Both the position numbers and the translations under genes were made by a program. The notes under the pieces are model-generated. The model searched no databases. It had not been told where the DNA came from and worked only from the letters and a program-made list of their open reading frames with translations. This document shows, in pieces, positions 49,841-61,370 of a stretch of 64,000 nt of DNA. Where the stretch lies: assembly GCA_002633005.1 (NCBI GenBank), contig NMRA01000018.1, positions 941,531 through 1,005,530 on the forward strand, given 5' to 3'. Source of the stretch: Phoronis australis (Eukaryota; Animalia; Phoronida). The first letter of the stretch is position 1; every line of letters starts with the position of its first letter.

Positions 49841-50758
49841 TGAATAGTGAAAGTTTGTTTCAAGGTCGTCAGTTAGTTATTTGGTGAAAACTTGTTTTTG
49901 GTCAATATAACCTATACATGCCTTAACCATGTTCATTATTTCAACATTCACTGGCAATGTCAACTGAATTTGCAGTGCATAGGCCAACATTTCATTGTGT
50001 ATGCACAACGCGCCGAGGAGAATAATACCAAGAAACCAAGTAGGAAATTGGAAATAGAAATTGAGTTGGTGGTTAAAGCACGTCGTGAGCAGGAGAGTGA
50101 AATAGCGAATTTTCAAATTACCGATCAAAATAATGAATTTTGGGGAGGATTTATCTTTTTATGTGCCCACATGTGAAACATTGTAAAAACGGCCAATTTT
50201 TGTGATGCTTTATGAGAACAGTGCATAAAGCTTAGTATCTGAAAGTTTCATGTGGAGTCAAACAGTCATTTCTGAGACATCTTCTTTCACTAAGAACCTG
50301 TTGATTGATAACAGGGCTGTTGCGAGTTAAGCTCAGGTGTTTCATGCGTGGGCACAACCCGGTGGCCTGCTCACATCTGGTACACTGCAAAAGAGGTCAG
50401 ACTGCCTGCTCTCCTTTTTGTCTATTAAACGTGTTTTGCCTAATTTTAAATTATCTTATCTTTTCACATTTACCTGCATGCAATGTTTTGAATTTGTGGG
50501 AATGTGTATTATTTTATATACTGTAAGTTAAAACAACTTTTTCTGGTGATGTAATGAGAGATTTCAAGTTAAGAATATTAAATACTAGACAACGCAAAAC
50601 CAATTGAAATGGAAAAATCAGAGAAACCTTTTGGAAGCATTGAATGAAGTCCATGTAAAAAATAAATTAATTAAATCTACTAGTTATTGCGTTTTGACAT
50701 TGTTAGGAAGTGAGGCGCATAATTTGTATTGACTGTAACCAATTCCATCTTTTGACAG

Positions 50759-50904
50759 TGCCAGGACCTCAGGGTTCTCCGGATGGCGGTATGACCATGA
50801 TGATGGTGATGATGGGTTGGGTTATGCTGGCCACTGCCCTCTTTCTGTTCCGACCTAAGACGCTGCGGCTGCGAGGGGATCAGAAACCAGCTGGAGACAA
50901 TAAC
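50759..50904 (+). CDS. SMIM14: SMIM14 coding exon 3 (transmembrane segment)
   Basis: tgacag|(M)PGPQGSPDGGMTMMMVMMGWVMLATALFLFRPKTLRLRGDQKPAGDNN|gtgagt, phase 0. Confidence 0.96.
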
Positions 50905-51615
50905 GTGAGTCGGAGTCATGTGGTTAAAACAGGCTAGCAATCGATAAACAGATATTGACTACAACTAGATCAGTTCAACCTTTGAAACACGAATACTCTG
51001 TAATGCTGTTCAGCCTTCAAAAGTTAGAGGCAAAAACTTATTAAGGTCTTTGATAAATCAGGAAGTGACTGACACTTGGGGCAAGTTTTGGGATAACCTT
51101 TCCATCTTGAAGTGTAGGATCCTTTTTGAGAAGCATTTCATAATGCCTTTATCTTTCCGTGGGAATGCTAAATATCTTACAGTTTGCAGGTACAATAACC
51201 ACTTCTGTGTAAAATTATTGAAACACATCTTGGTATCCTTTTAGCTATCGTAAGGTTTCTCTACAGAGTTGACTTAAATTTCACAATTGTTGCTGTGTTT
51301 CCAAGAATAATTTTGTCTCAGATTCGCATTGCATTACTAATTGTCTATGAATTCTGTTTCAATTTCCTCTTTCTTGCTTATATTGAAGTTTAATATATTT
51401 TCTTGTACAATATTGGACAAATTTGCTTCTCTTTGATTTCATCACAAGTTTCGATCATGACTTCAACATGGTGACTTCATTAAGATTTTTTATTTTATGT
51501 AACCTGCTGTTAGAGACCGAAGCTGGCTTGTGGTTTGCTAACTCTTAGACAGAAATTTAGGAACACTGCCATTTTCAACCATGTTAACTCAAAATTTGTG
51601 TTAAATTCTTTGTAG

Positions 51616-51657
51616 GGACCACGTGACCAGCCGCCACCAGCACCACCAGTGGCGTAG
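51616..51657 (+). CDS. SMIM14: SMIM14 last coding exon; total 101 aa
   Basis: ttgtag|GPRDQPPPAPPVA* (human ..QDPPAPPVD*). Confidence 0.93.
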   Translation, partial: GPRDQPPPAPPVA

Positions 51658-54494
51658 CTGTACATTTGAACTGAAGGAATGATACTGACCAACTCCATAG
51701 TGCCTGAAACACGATAACCGTACACTTACACATAGCTTTCCCTGGGTGTGTGACTTTATAACTGCTCAGCAAGTACCAAGTACGAAAAAAATATACATAA
51801 AGATAGTTTGTTGGGTAATGAATTTGATCTTGTAATGACTGGAAAGAATTTCTGAAGGATTGTTGCGAGAACTGTTTCTTTTAACACAGGGTGTTTCAAT
51901 AGGGTAGACCTGAGATACAGCTGCGGGAAATTCAGACCTTTTTGAGACACCCTGTATTTCCAGAATGTCTGGGTTGAGCTTTAAAATACTTAGACCGAGT
52001 TTCTCATCAAAGTGTGTGCATACCCTTTGCTTTTATTTTCCATTTGCAAATTTGTAATAACGTTTATTGCAACCAATTGACCTACCTGACTTTCTGGTTT
52101 TTGAAAAGAAACATGTTAAAGCTGTCTTTTCTACTAAAGGTCCAAAATTGTGGTTTTGTAGTCCGCAGCTTATGTTTTGCTATTTATTTGAAATCGCAGG
52201 CACAAATCACTGGAAACTTTTAACTACCATTTCATCTAATTTCAACACAATGCTGAGAAATTCATATAGTTTCACCACTTTGTGTCAATGGTTTGCCATT
52301 GTGCCGATGAGTTTGCATTGTGCCATGCAGAATACAGGTCCACTTTGGTCAGTGTTAGGTCAATGTTGTTGATGCCTGGTTCAGTGAAGACTGTTGAAGT
52401 GGTCAGTCCTGGTTTCCCTGCCTTTAGGTGGCACTACCATAATTTGAGAATCTTTTCAGAACACCCGTCTGGTAGGTTGCATTGAAACAAACATTGGATT
52501 GCCTGATTTTTGGCGTTGGTTTTTTCATTAGTGTGCTACTCACGACCCCTGAAGTTGCCGTATTTAACTAATAAGAAACAGTTATACTCCTGTTTCCTAA
52601 TTATGTTATTTATTTTTATTCTTCTCTGACAGCCAATGTGGTCAATTGGATGGTATCTTACTAAAACAAATTTTGTCCGTTTTGTGCCATGCTGTCAAGG
52701 TGTTATAAGATCCATTCACTATACTGTTGTGAAATGTATGAAATATCAATTTTGAAACTTGGCACTTGATTTCAATTATCTAAGGTTGATGGTTCAAATC
52801 AACTATTATAGCTGGTGAAGTAACTTGCCATTGTACCTTTGGTGTGGTGTGATATAATCTGTGATATGTGCAATACAGATATGAATCAACTGTGAATGGC
52901 TGGTGTTTAAACTTCACCCGACGCCTGTTTCTCTATTGGCTTTTTGTCTTTTGGCTAAAAATCGGACAAGAGATGGCTTAGCCTGTTTCATGAAAACGGG
53001 TTCGGGTCAAAAGACTAAAGATCAATAGTATGTTCGAGAAACTGGCCCATGAGCTTGGTCATGTAAAACTTCATGATGTATTTACTTCATATGTTGGATT
53101 GTTACACTACGTCAGAAGCTTTTTCAGTATCGTCAGCGTGCCGCACCATAGTGTGATGTCGTTGTCTAGTGTATAAATTTTATGCAGCTGAGTTCAGTCA
53201 TAATCTGAATTCATTTCTCAGTCTAGCAGTGTTTGCATCTTGTCGGCCACAGTTGAAAAACTAGATCATAACTGCCATTTAATTTAATTACCGTTCAGTG
53301 TATAAAATGTCATTTTGTTTCATGTTTTCACTTTTATTGACTCAAATTTCCTCAGATAACATTTCATTGCTTCAAAAAAAACATTAATGTACTTTTGAAA
53401 GTTAACACATTTTTGTGCAATTTCCTCTTATACTTTTTTCACTAAACTTCTTTAATTACTGAAGATCCATGCCACATCTGCCCCTTTGTGACATGCTCAT
53501 ATTTTTGTATGTATATATATATATATATTATGTATATTAATAAACAAGGTTAAAGGTGTGGTTTGTGTCTGAATTGGGTTATGTAAGAGCCCAGAAAATA
53601 GTTCAGCGAACAGGAGGATGTATTCGTACAAACTGTTGTTTTGGTTGTCTTCCAGTTTGTTTAATGGACGATGCAAAATCTTTAAAAAGTACATGGGCAC
53701 AGGCATGCTCAATTCAGGCGAGTGTACAACAAAATGCTTTAATCGGCCTTTGTGAGTCACTGATGTGGCTGTAATGTTCGTGCAAGTGTGGAATAGAAAC
53801 CTCGTGAACATAGAATAGGTGCATTCTACACGTACTTAATTGCGAAACTGACATGAGGCTTGGCATCCTGCGCCCTCTAGCGACTGGTTACAGGAACCCA
53901 ATAGTGGGCCTACCTTGCTATTCATTAAAATACGGTCTGCATAAAAATGCCCGGGATGCTGAAGTATTGCATTCTGGGAGCATTTTTGGAAACGTCTGTA
54001 AGCCAAATCATGAGTTGAGTATCCTTGGTTGACACACACACTGAAGAAAACATTATTGAGTACAGTGGAGCTTTTTTAAATGAACCTGGTTCATAACATG
54101 CACTCACTTATACAGGCGTGAATCCAGAGGTCACTTCTACATTGCTGTAATGGAAGGAATCTCAACTATCCAGTATGAATGTCTCATTGGGCCCCACTGG
54201 ACAAAATCTCGATTATGCAGCTATTATGATAAACTGTTCCTCATTTCCAGCTAACTGAAGTGTATAAGAATTTGGTTACATCAACGAACATCACAGTGTC
54301 ATATGTAGACCATTGGCCACTTTTATGCAAATTTAATTAAAGGAAAAAATACATACACTGTCACTGCCTTAGATTTCGAGAGAAAAAACACTGCCCAAAG
54401 GTGACAATGCAACCAGCTAATGTTCTGTCTGTTGTATTAATCTGAGACAACTGGGTAAGTAACAGTAAATGGGTACCAAGTACCAATTGGTGCT

Positions 54495-54606
54495 CTGGCA
54501 GTTAGTGCACTGGCAGTTAGTGCACTGACAGTTAGTGCACTGGCAGTTAGTGCACTGGCAGTTAGTGCACTGGCAGTTAGTGCACTGGCAGTTAGTGCAC
54601 TGGCAG
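54495..54606. repeat. 15-bp minisatellite (ctggcagttagtgca) x about 7.5
   Basis: Directly visible; one substitution in copy 3. Confidence 0.95.
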
Positions 54607-55084
54607 CCAGTGTTGGTGAATCATAAACAAACGCAGCTTCATCTCTCCTGAGGTCTGTCGCATGAAAAGTGTAGAAACCGAAATTTGGTTTTGTGCTTCC
54701 TCTTCACAATTTGTTGAAAAAGGTTTAGCCAAGTAACGCATCACAATCTGGACATAATTTGCAGAAATTATCTCGGCAAGAATCGCTTATTTGTATATTA
54801 TCAGAGACTGCATTTTTGCTCTGGTGATAATTGTTTTTTAAGAAATTGTGTGGAGCATACGACCAAGTTTATGACGTAGGTCTTTAGTCGCATCGTGAAA
54901 CAGACTTCTGGTTCTCAAGTTATAGCAGCAAGAAAAGTACTTTTGTAAAAAAATCTTTATTTAGAGCATGTTATAATAAAATTAGAATAAATTGACTTTC
55001 TTACTCCGATTAGAAGTGATTTTGGTCTGTGGAAGAATGAACAGCTTAATGCTTATTAAGTCAAAGCTGTATAAGATGGTTCGA

Positions 55085-55340
55085 CCTGGCAGGGGGTTCT
55101 ATGCATCAAGCATCACCTCAAGCACTAGCGAACCTTCAGTTCCTTCCACCTGGCAGGTGCTTCTATGCACCAAGCATCGCCTCAAGCACTAGCGAACCTT
55201 CAGTTCCTTCCACCTGGCAGGTGGTTCTATGCACCAAGCATCGCCTCAAGCACTAGCGAACCTTCAGTTCTTTCCACCTGGCAGGTGGTTCTATGCACCA
55301 AGCATCACCTCAAGCATTAGTGAAACTTCAATTCCTTCCA
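55085..55340. repeat. 64-bp tandem repeat x4
   Basis: Units start at 55085, 55149, 55213 and 55277 (cctggcaggtggttctatgcaccaagcatcgcctcaagcactagcgaaccttcagttccttcca). Confidence 0.95.
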
Positions 55341-55414
55341 ACACCTGAAATCACTTCTAATCTGGGAAAGGATGATGTCAAAAGTTTTGTAACAGTATAT
55401 CGGACAAAATCATT

Positions 55415-57431
55415 AACAAGAGCAATGCGAAGCGCTGAAATGCGGCCACGAATGCACCACAAACGGTGTGCTTCTAGGGTTGTTTGTTTCATAAAAATGG
55501 CCACTAGATGGGGGAAAAACGTCCAATTTATATGAAAACGGGCACATGCCATCAGCATCGCTTCTTTAATAGAGAACTATTTGCCAAATTCCATAACAAT
55601 CTGTTGGGAAACTTCAGAGAACGGAAGGAAAATGGAAAAAATGAAATGGCCACTATGGTGCACAGCGTTTGTTGGATCCGCCTGAAAGGTGTCGGTGTCT
55701 GTTGTTAGCTTCATATAAATACAATTACTAAATTTAATAAAGATCCTGCAGTGGGTTTAGGAGATGCAGCTATGGGCACAAAACAAAACAAAACTACCTC
55801 CAGGAGGCACCACTGTAGTTAAATTCATCATCGTCAACCGTCCTCTTCACACCTAGACCATATATACCAATTTTCAAAATCATCTTTAGAATTGTTTGGT
55901 CGAATCCATCCGAAAACGGGAGGATAACGTCATCGCACTAATACCTAATGCCTACATACCAAATTTCATGAAAATCCGTTAAGGACTTGTGAAGATACAG
56001 AGGTAAACGTAAAAAAATAAAATTGCCACAAGGGGGCACACTGGTAGGCGGATCTGTCCAAAAGTCGTCATCATCTGTTGTTAACATCATATAAAAACAC
56101 TTATTAAATTTCGTAAAGATCCTGCAAACGGTTTAGGAGATACAGCCAAAAAAAACAAAACTGCCACTAGGAGGCGCCACAGTAGTCCAAATCGTCCTAA
56201 AATCATTGTCAGCTGTCTTCTTTATAGTAAGCACATACATGCCAATTTTCACAATCATCCTTTGAGAGGGGTGGACGCAAAAATACAGACTCGAAAACAG
56301 TAAAAATGGCCACTAGGTAGCGCAAACTATGTCGAATCCATCTGAAAGCGGGAGGATAGAGTCACCTCACTAATAGGTGCCTACATACCAAATTTCATGA
56401 AAATCCATTCAGGACTTTTGAAAATACAAAGGTAAGCGTAAAAAATTTAAATTGCCACTAGGGGGCACACCGGTAGTTGGATCCGTCCAAAAGTTCGCAC
56501 ATGCCGTCCTATTCATGAATGGAACATATGTGCCAAATTTCATGAACGTATGTAAAAGGGTTTTTGAGATAGAGCAGCTTACGTAGGACAGACGCCGCCC
56601 GGACGGACGGAGATGACGGCATAATGCGTCCACATATAAATATGTGGGTACATAAAAATGGCCACTAGGTGGCACAAAGTACCTTGATTCCAGCCGAAAA
56701 AGGGAGGATAGTATCATCTCACCAATAGATGCCTATATTCCAGATTTTCTGAAAATCCAATGAGGGCCTTTGAAGATGCAAAGGTAAACCTAAAAAAATG
56801 AAATTGCCACTAGGGGGCACACCGGTAGTCAGATCCGTCCAAAAGTTGTCGTCATCTGTTGTCAACATCATAAAATACACATGCTAAATTTAGTAAAGAT
56901 CCTGCAAACGGTTTAGGAAATACAGCCATGGGTGCAAAAAAAACTGCCACTAGGAGGTGCCACAGAAGTAGAAGTCAAAAAATCGTCAGCCGTCCTCTTC
57001 GTAGTAAGAACATACATACCAATTTTCACAATCAACCTTAAAGCGGTTTGGTTGATAAAGGGGTGGACGCAAAAAAGCAGACTCGAAAACAGCAAAAATG
57101 GCCACTAGGTGGCGCAAACTACGTCAAATTCATCCGAAAATGGGAGGATAGTGTCATCTCACTAATAAATGCCTATATGCCAAATTTTATGAAAATACAT
57201 TGAGAACGTTTGAATATACAGAGGTAAACGTAAAAAACTAAAATTGCCACAAGGGGACACACTGGTAGTCGGATCCGTCCAAAAGTTTGCTCATGCCGTC
57301 CCATCCATGCAAAATTTCATGAACATACATCACAGGGTTTTGGAGATCGAGCAGCAGACGCTGGGCACTGGACGGATGAACAGAGATGACGGCACAATGC
57401 GTCCACATATAAATATGTAGGCGCACAAAAA
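55415..57431 (-). mobile_element. Helentron/DINE-1-like non-autonomous element (HINE) with a ~145-bp internal satellite and a tandemly duplicated end
   Basis: One end is AACAAGAG (55415). The other end is a (ggac)n microsatellite, the hairpin tgcgtccacatataaatatgt(g/a)gg(t/c)(a/g)ca and an A-run, present twice (about 56600-56658 and 57370-57431). Internal monomers recur at about 145 bp. Confidence 0.8.
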
Positions 57432-58093
57432 TGTTCAAAAATTATTTTTTTGGCTAAAACTTACATGGCCATTGCATTTCTTCTGCCCTTTTTGGTAATT
57501 TGTAAAAGTGAAACTAATCATCGTATTGTAGACCTTTGATTATTCACTGATTTGTTAAGTTCAGGGAAGCAATACATTGAACTGAGAGTTACTGTATTTC
57601 ATTTCCCATAGTAAGAATATTTACATTGCACACAAACAATAATGAGAAAATTACCAAATGTGGATGAAAATGACAAATATTAAGAATTTACAATATCATT
57701 TAACCATAATTATAGCTGAAACATTTATGTACAAGTTGCCAGTACAAAAATAAGGACAAACATTTTATTTTACCATATAAAAGCATTTGATGTGTTGAAC
57801 TTTCTCACAACAAAGTGGGAAAAGTTTAGTCAAAGCTACTTCATTCTCTCGATATACTTGAAAAAGGTAGAGAGTCCTTTCATAAGTGCTTAGTAGACAG
57901 AACTCAAATTACATTTGCATTCGTTCTTTGAACTAGGACATATAAATGGCACTAACAAGATGAAATGTGAATCTTGAGGTGATATAAAATAATTGTTACT
58001 TGAAGTTGACAAAACAATATGGAAAACAATTAAAAAGACCGTAATAACCTTGAGAATTAAAATAGCGTAAAACACTCTATCCCAAAATCATTT

Positions 58094-58797
58094 TCATTTA
58101 CTCTTGGAAACTCGGGATTGTTTGAGAACGTCCTGCAATTTGTTGTACGTACCAGTGGCATTTGGCAGATTCTCAAAAGGTATGTGGTCAGTAATCCCAA
58201 CAGCAAATTTATCAAACGACGGCAAACCTGCTGGAGAATCAGCTTGCAGGATAGGTGTCCCTAATTCCACAGACACCGACCGATTCGTCGCAGGCGTAGA
58301 ATATCTCACCACCTGACTGGAATCTGCAGAGTTCGATAAAACGCTGCTTTGCGAGTCATCATTTTCCATTTGTTCCAGCTCTTTTAGAAGAGAACTACGC
58401 TGCTCTTCTAGGTCTGTAAAATCAAGTGTGCTAGCCGTTCTTGATGGCATGTTACTTTCCGCTCGACTCGCCGGTTCCAAATCTGACTGCGAGTCCACAG
58501 AGTCCAGAGGGATTTCCTTTGGCACAGCGCCTTGGTTGTCATTAGCATCTTCTGGTGAACTGGGACTCCCATCTTCTCCTAGGGTAAACTTCGGAGAAGG
58601 CGAAGGTGTCTCTTCGGGTAAAGGCGGAGCCATCGGTGTCACTGGCGGTGTATAGGTGGGCAGTGGAGGATTACCGAGAGACGTACTGGGAGTCACAGGG
58701 GGTGTGCTGACCGGGAGAGGCGGGGCCACTGGAGTACGGGGTGGAGTCTCAATAGGCAAAGGAGGTCGGAAACTATTGTTCAGTTCACCTTCATCAT
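58094..58797 (-). CDS. ZCCHC8: Zinc finger CCHC domain-containing protein 8 (NEXT complex), last exon
   Basis: tttttacag|(D)DEGELNNSFRPPLP... Pro-rich region, then LGTPIL...LPSFDKFAVGITDHIPFENLPNATGTYNKLQDVLK (conserved C-terminal motif); TGA at 58094. Confidence 0.95.
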
Positions 58798-59036
58798 CTG
58801 TAAAAACAGAATGCACATTATGTACAATCATGGTTCTTTGTCAAAATAAAACTCAGCCAACATAATGGTATGATGGGTGTAAATAGCTTACAACAAGACC
58901 ATGAAAACTGAAATTGCATAGACTATACTAAGCAACCTGTAAAACCTCGATGCCATGACAAAACTAACGTTGAAATAACACAGCTACCGTATACAACTTA
59001 GGTCCAATTAGAATCATGGCAATAGAATAAACACAC

Positions 59037-59127
59037 CTGAATTAGCCGTATCCATGTCAGCTTCTGTTCGTGCTCTCTTGGCATGTTTTGATGCCTCCGC
59101 AACTTGCTGCCGCTTCCGTCCTCTCTC
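59037..59127 (-). CDS. ZCCHC8: ZCCHC8 internal exon
   Basis: ttttatcag|ERGRKRQQVAEASKHAKRARTEADMDTANS+g|gtgtgt. Phases 0/1 fit the neighbours; contains an NLS-like basic patch. Confidence 0.85.
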
Positions 59128-60882
59128 CTGATAAAATAAGCAACCAAAATGGTAGAACAGCGAGTGACGTCTAAAACCAAAAAGCACGTCAAATTTTCCT
59201 GCACTTCCACAACCCAGACACATTTGCCAGTTTGGTCTTCAGCAAAGAAGCAACTGAAACCAGTGACTTTATATAAATCTATTAAGCAACATAATACAAA
59301 ATGCATGCATGGTGAATACCAATTTTCTCTGAAACTTTTTTTGAACAGCATGAGGCATTGTTTACATTCCAACTGCTAGTACCAAGCAAAGTTCAATCTT
59401 GCACCAAATTAGGCAGGAAGAAAACGAATGAATTTTCCGACATTTTGTTGTTAAAATATAATCCATGGCCGTGTTTTGGGTGATTTTTCTATCTAAAATG
59501 ATAGGAAGTGTTCTAACAGTAAACAGAGGAAGACTGCCACTAAATTCACTGTAAAGTAACGGTGTGCACTGATGATCACGCTTCATCTCCACTGGGACCG
59601 TGACCTTTCATACGTCCCTCATTTCTCATTTTTCATTGTAGAATTGTAAATCTAGTGTGTGCAAACATGTAGCCAAATAGCCAGCCAGCTACATAGGTGG
59701 GTCTAGGAGCTGTAAACAAAAAATCGCTCTCAAAAAAATACTCATTCAGTCCACTAAAGTTCTGACTAGCAGTCAACTCAACACTATCATGAAACACTGT
59801 AGAATGCCTGGTCCGAATGTTTGACAACAATCATGTTGTCTTGCATAAGGGACAATTAAAAAAACAATCGTAAAATCGTCATTCACTAGCACCACTAATG
59901 TTTCACTTTGAATCAACAAAGAAGTCAGTCATCGGCTTGAAAACACAATGTTTGTGACTTGCAGTTACCAGGGATTTCTGATAAAGAGCCCATCATCTTA
60001 AAGCCCCCATGAGAGCTTTTTCGGAACTCAAGGAAGAAGTTGCACCCGTGGGTGCTTTTTGGGAGCAAAAACAACTTGATGAAACTTCTGTCGCCTAGGG
60101 TGCGTTATCGAAAATCTTCGGTATTAACAAAGCAAAAAAAACCAGGAGCTAGTGACAACTTTTTCGCCGAGGCGGAATAGCCAGAAATTCAGTTTCAATA
60201 GCTGACCAATTTGGATTATTTGTTGCCTACTGTCACAACCTAGTGAAAGGAGGATTTTATTGAAGAACCAGACAGTTCAAAGCTCCACAAAGTTAGCTGC
60301 AAAATGACGGAAGACAGCAGTCATGTTTTCACACTAACTATGATTTTTAATGAGACGTTCATTTTAATTGACTAATATATTGGTTGCCAATGTCGATGTT
60401 AAGACTTATCTGCAGTAATTCCTGAAGGCAAGTTCTAGTTCCAAGCAACACACGGCGGTGACTCAGTGATCTCGCAGCTGGTCTCACACACATGCCCACG
60501 AGTTTCAACAACTGACTACAGGCATGAAGTGATCGCAGACGTCATTTTATCATATCTTATTGGGAAACAGATACACGAACGCACCAAAAATTCCATGACC
60601 TGCTACAAGCCAGGTACACCAACTGAACTCAAATGGCTGGACTAGCCAGACGAGACCCATGTTATACTGTTTAAACTTAAAGAATGGTCTTTTACCATTA
60701 CTTTCAATGTGTAAAGGCAAAACTCAATGATGTACATGTTGCTGACGAGAGACAACAACATTGATGAACACAGATGTGTATGGTAGCAAAAGTTCAAACA
60801 CATTCTCCCTTAACATACGTGTATAGCTGTATCCAAATGCAATATTGCACATAAACTCATGATATTTAATCACCTCCTTTAC

Positions 60883-60966
60883 TTCCTTCTTGTGTTTGAT
60901 CATCTCCGCAAATGCCACCTTGCTCTGGGAAACATTCATTGGAGATGAACCGAGAGACCTCCAGTC
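60883..60966 (-). CDS. ZCCHC8: ZCCHC8 internal exon (alternative in-frame end at 60874)
   Basis: tttcag|DWRSLGSSPMNVSQSKVAFAEMIKHKKE|gtaaag (human EWRIFGSIPM). Confidence 0.88.
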
Positions 60967-61242
60967 CTGAAATGAATGAAAGACGCCATTTTTGCAGAAG
61001 AGCCTGTTGCTGTGTGTGTTTACTCTAAGCCTCAGTTAACGAGAGTGGTGTCTGTGAACTGAGTTAATCAACAAAATACAGTTTCCTTGAGACATCAACC
61101 TCTGACAGTACGTCTGATTTAGTGTACAACTGAGATCATTCTGGGGAAAAATATGGTCGGTTCTGTTCTTTAGTTGTTTTGAAGGCGTGGTGCGGTATTT
61201 CTGTTTGATCGGAGACGAGCATAAGTGACGCCAGGCTTACAT

Positions 61243-61370
61243 CACACACCAAAAGTAAACATTAAAAATATTGTTTCCCCCTCATTTTAGCTAACTCTGA
61301 TAGTGCACACACCAAAAGTAAACATTAAAAATACTGTTTCCCCCTCATTTTAGCTAACTCTGATAGTGCA
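61243..61370. repeat. 63-bp tandem duplication in a ZCCHC8 intron
   Basis: cacacaccaaaagtaaacattaaaaata(t/c)tgtttccccctcattttagctaactctgatagtg twice. Confidence 0.95.

Noticed and set aside
54495-55340. Regular repeats as a CRISPR array
   Set aside because: The units are contiguous with no unique spacers, there are no cas genes, and the context is eukaryotic and intron-containing.
55490-57265. Motif-plus-spacer pattern as a CRISPR-like or guide-RNA array
   Set aside because: The intervening sequences are homologous monomer types (X, Y, Z) rather than unique spacers, and no nuclease gene is nearby.
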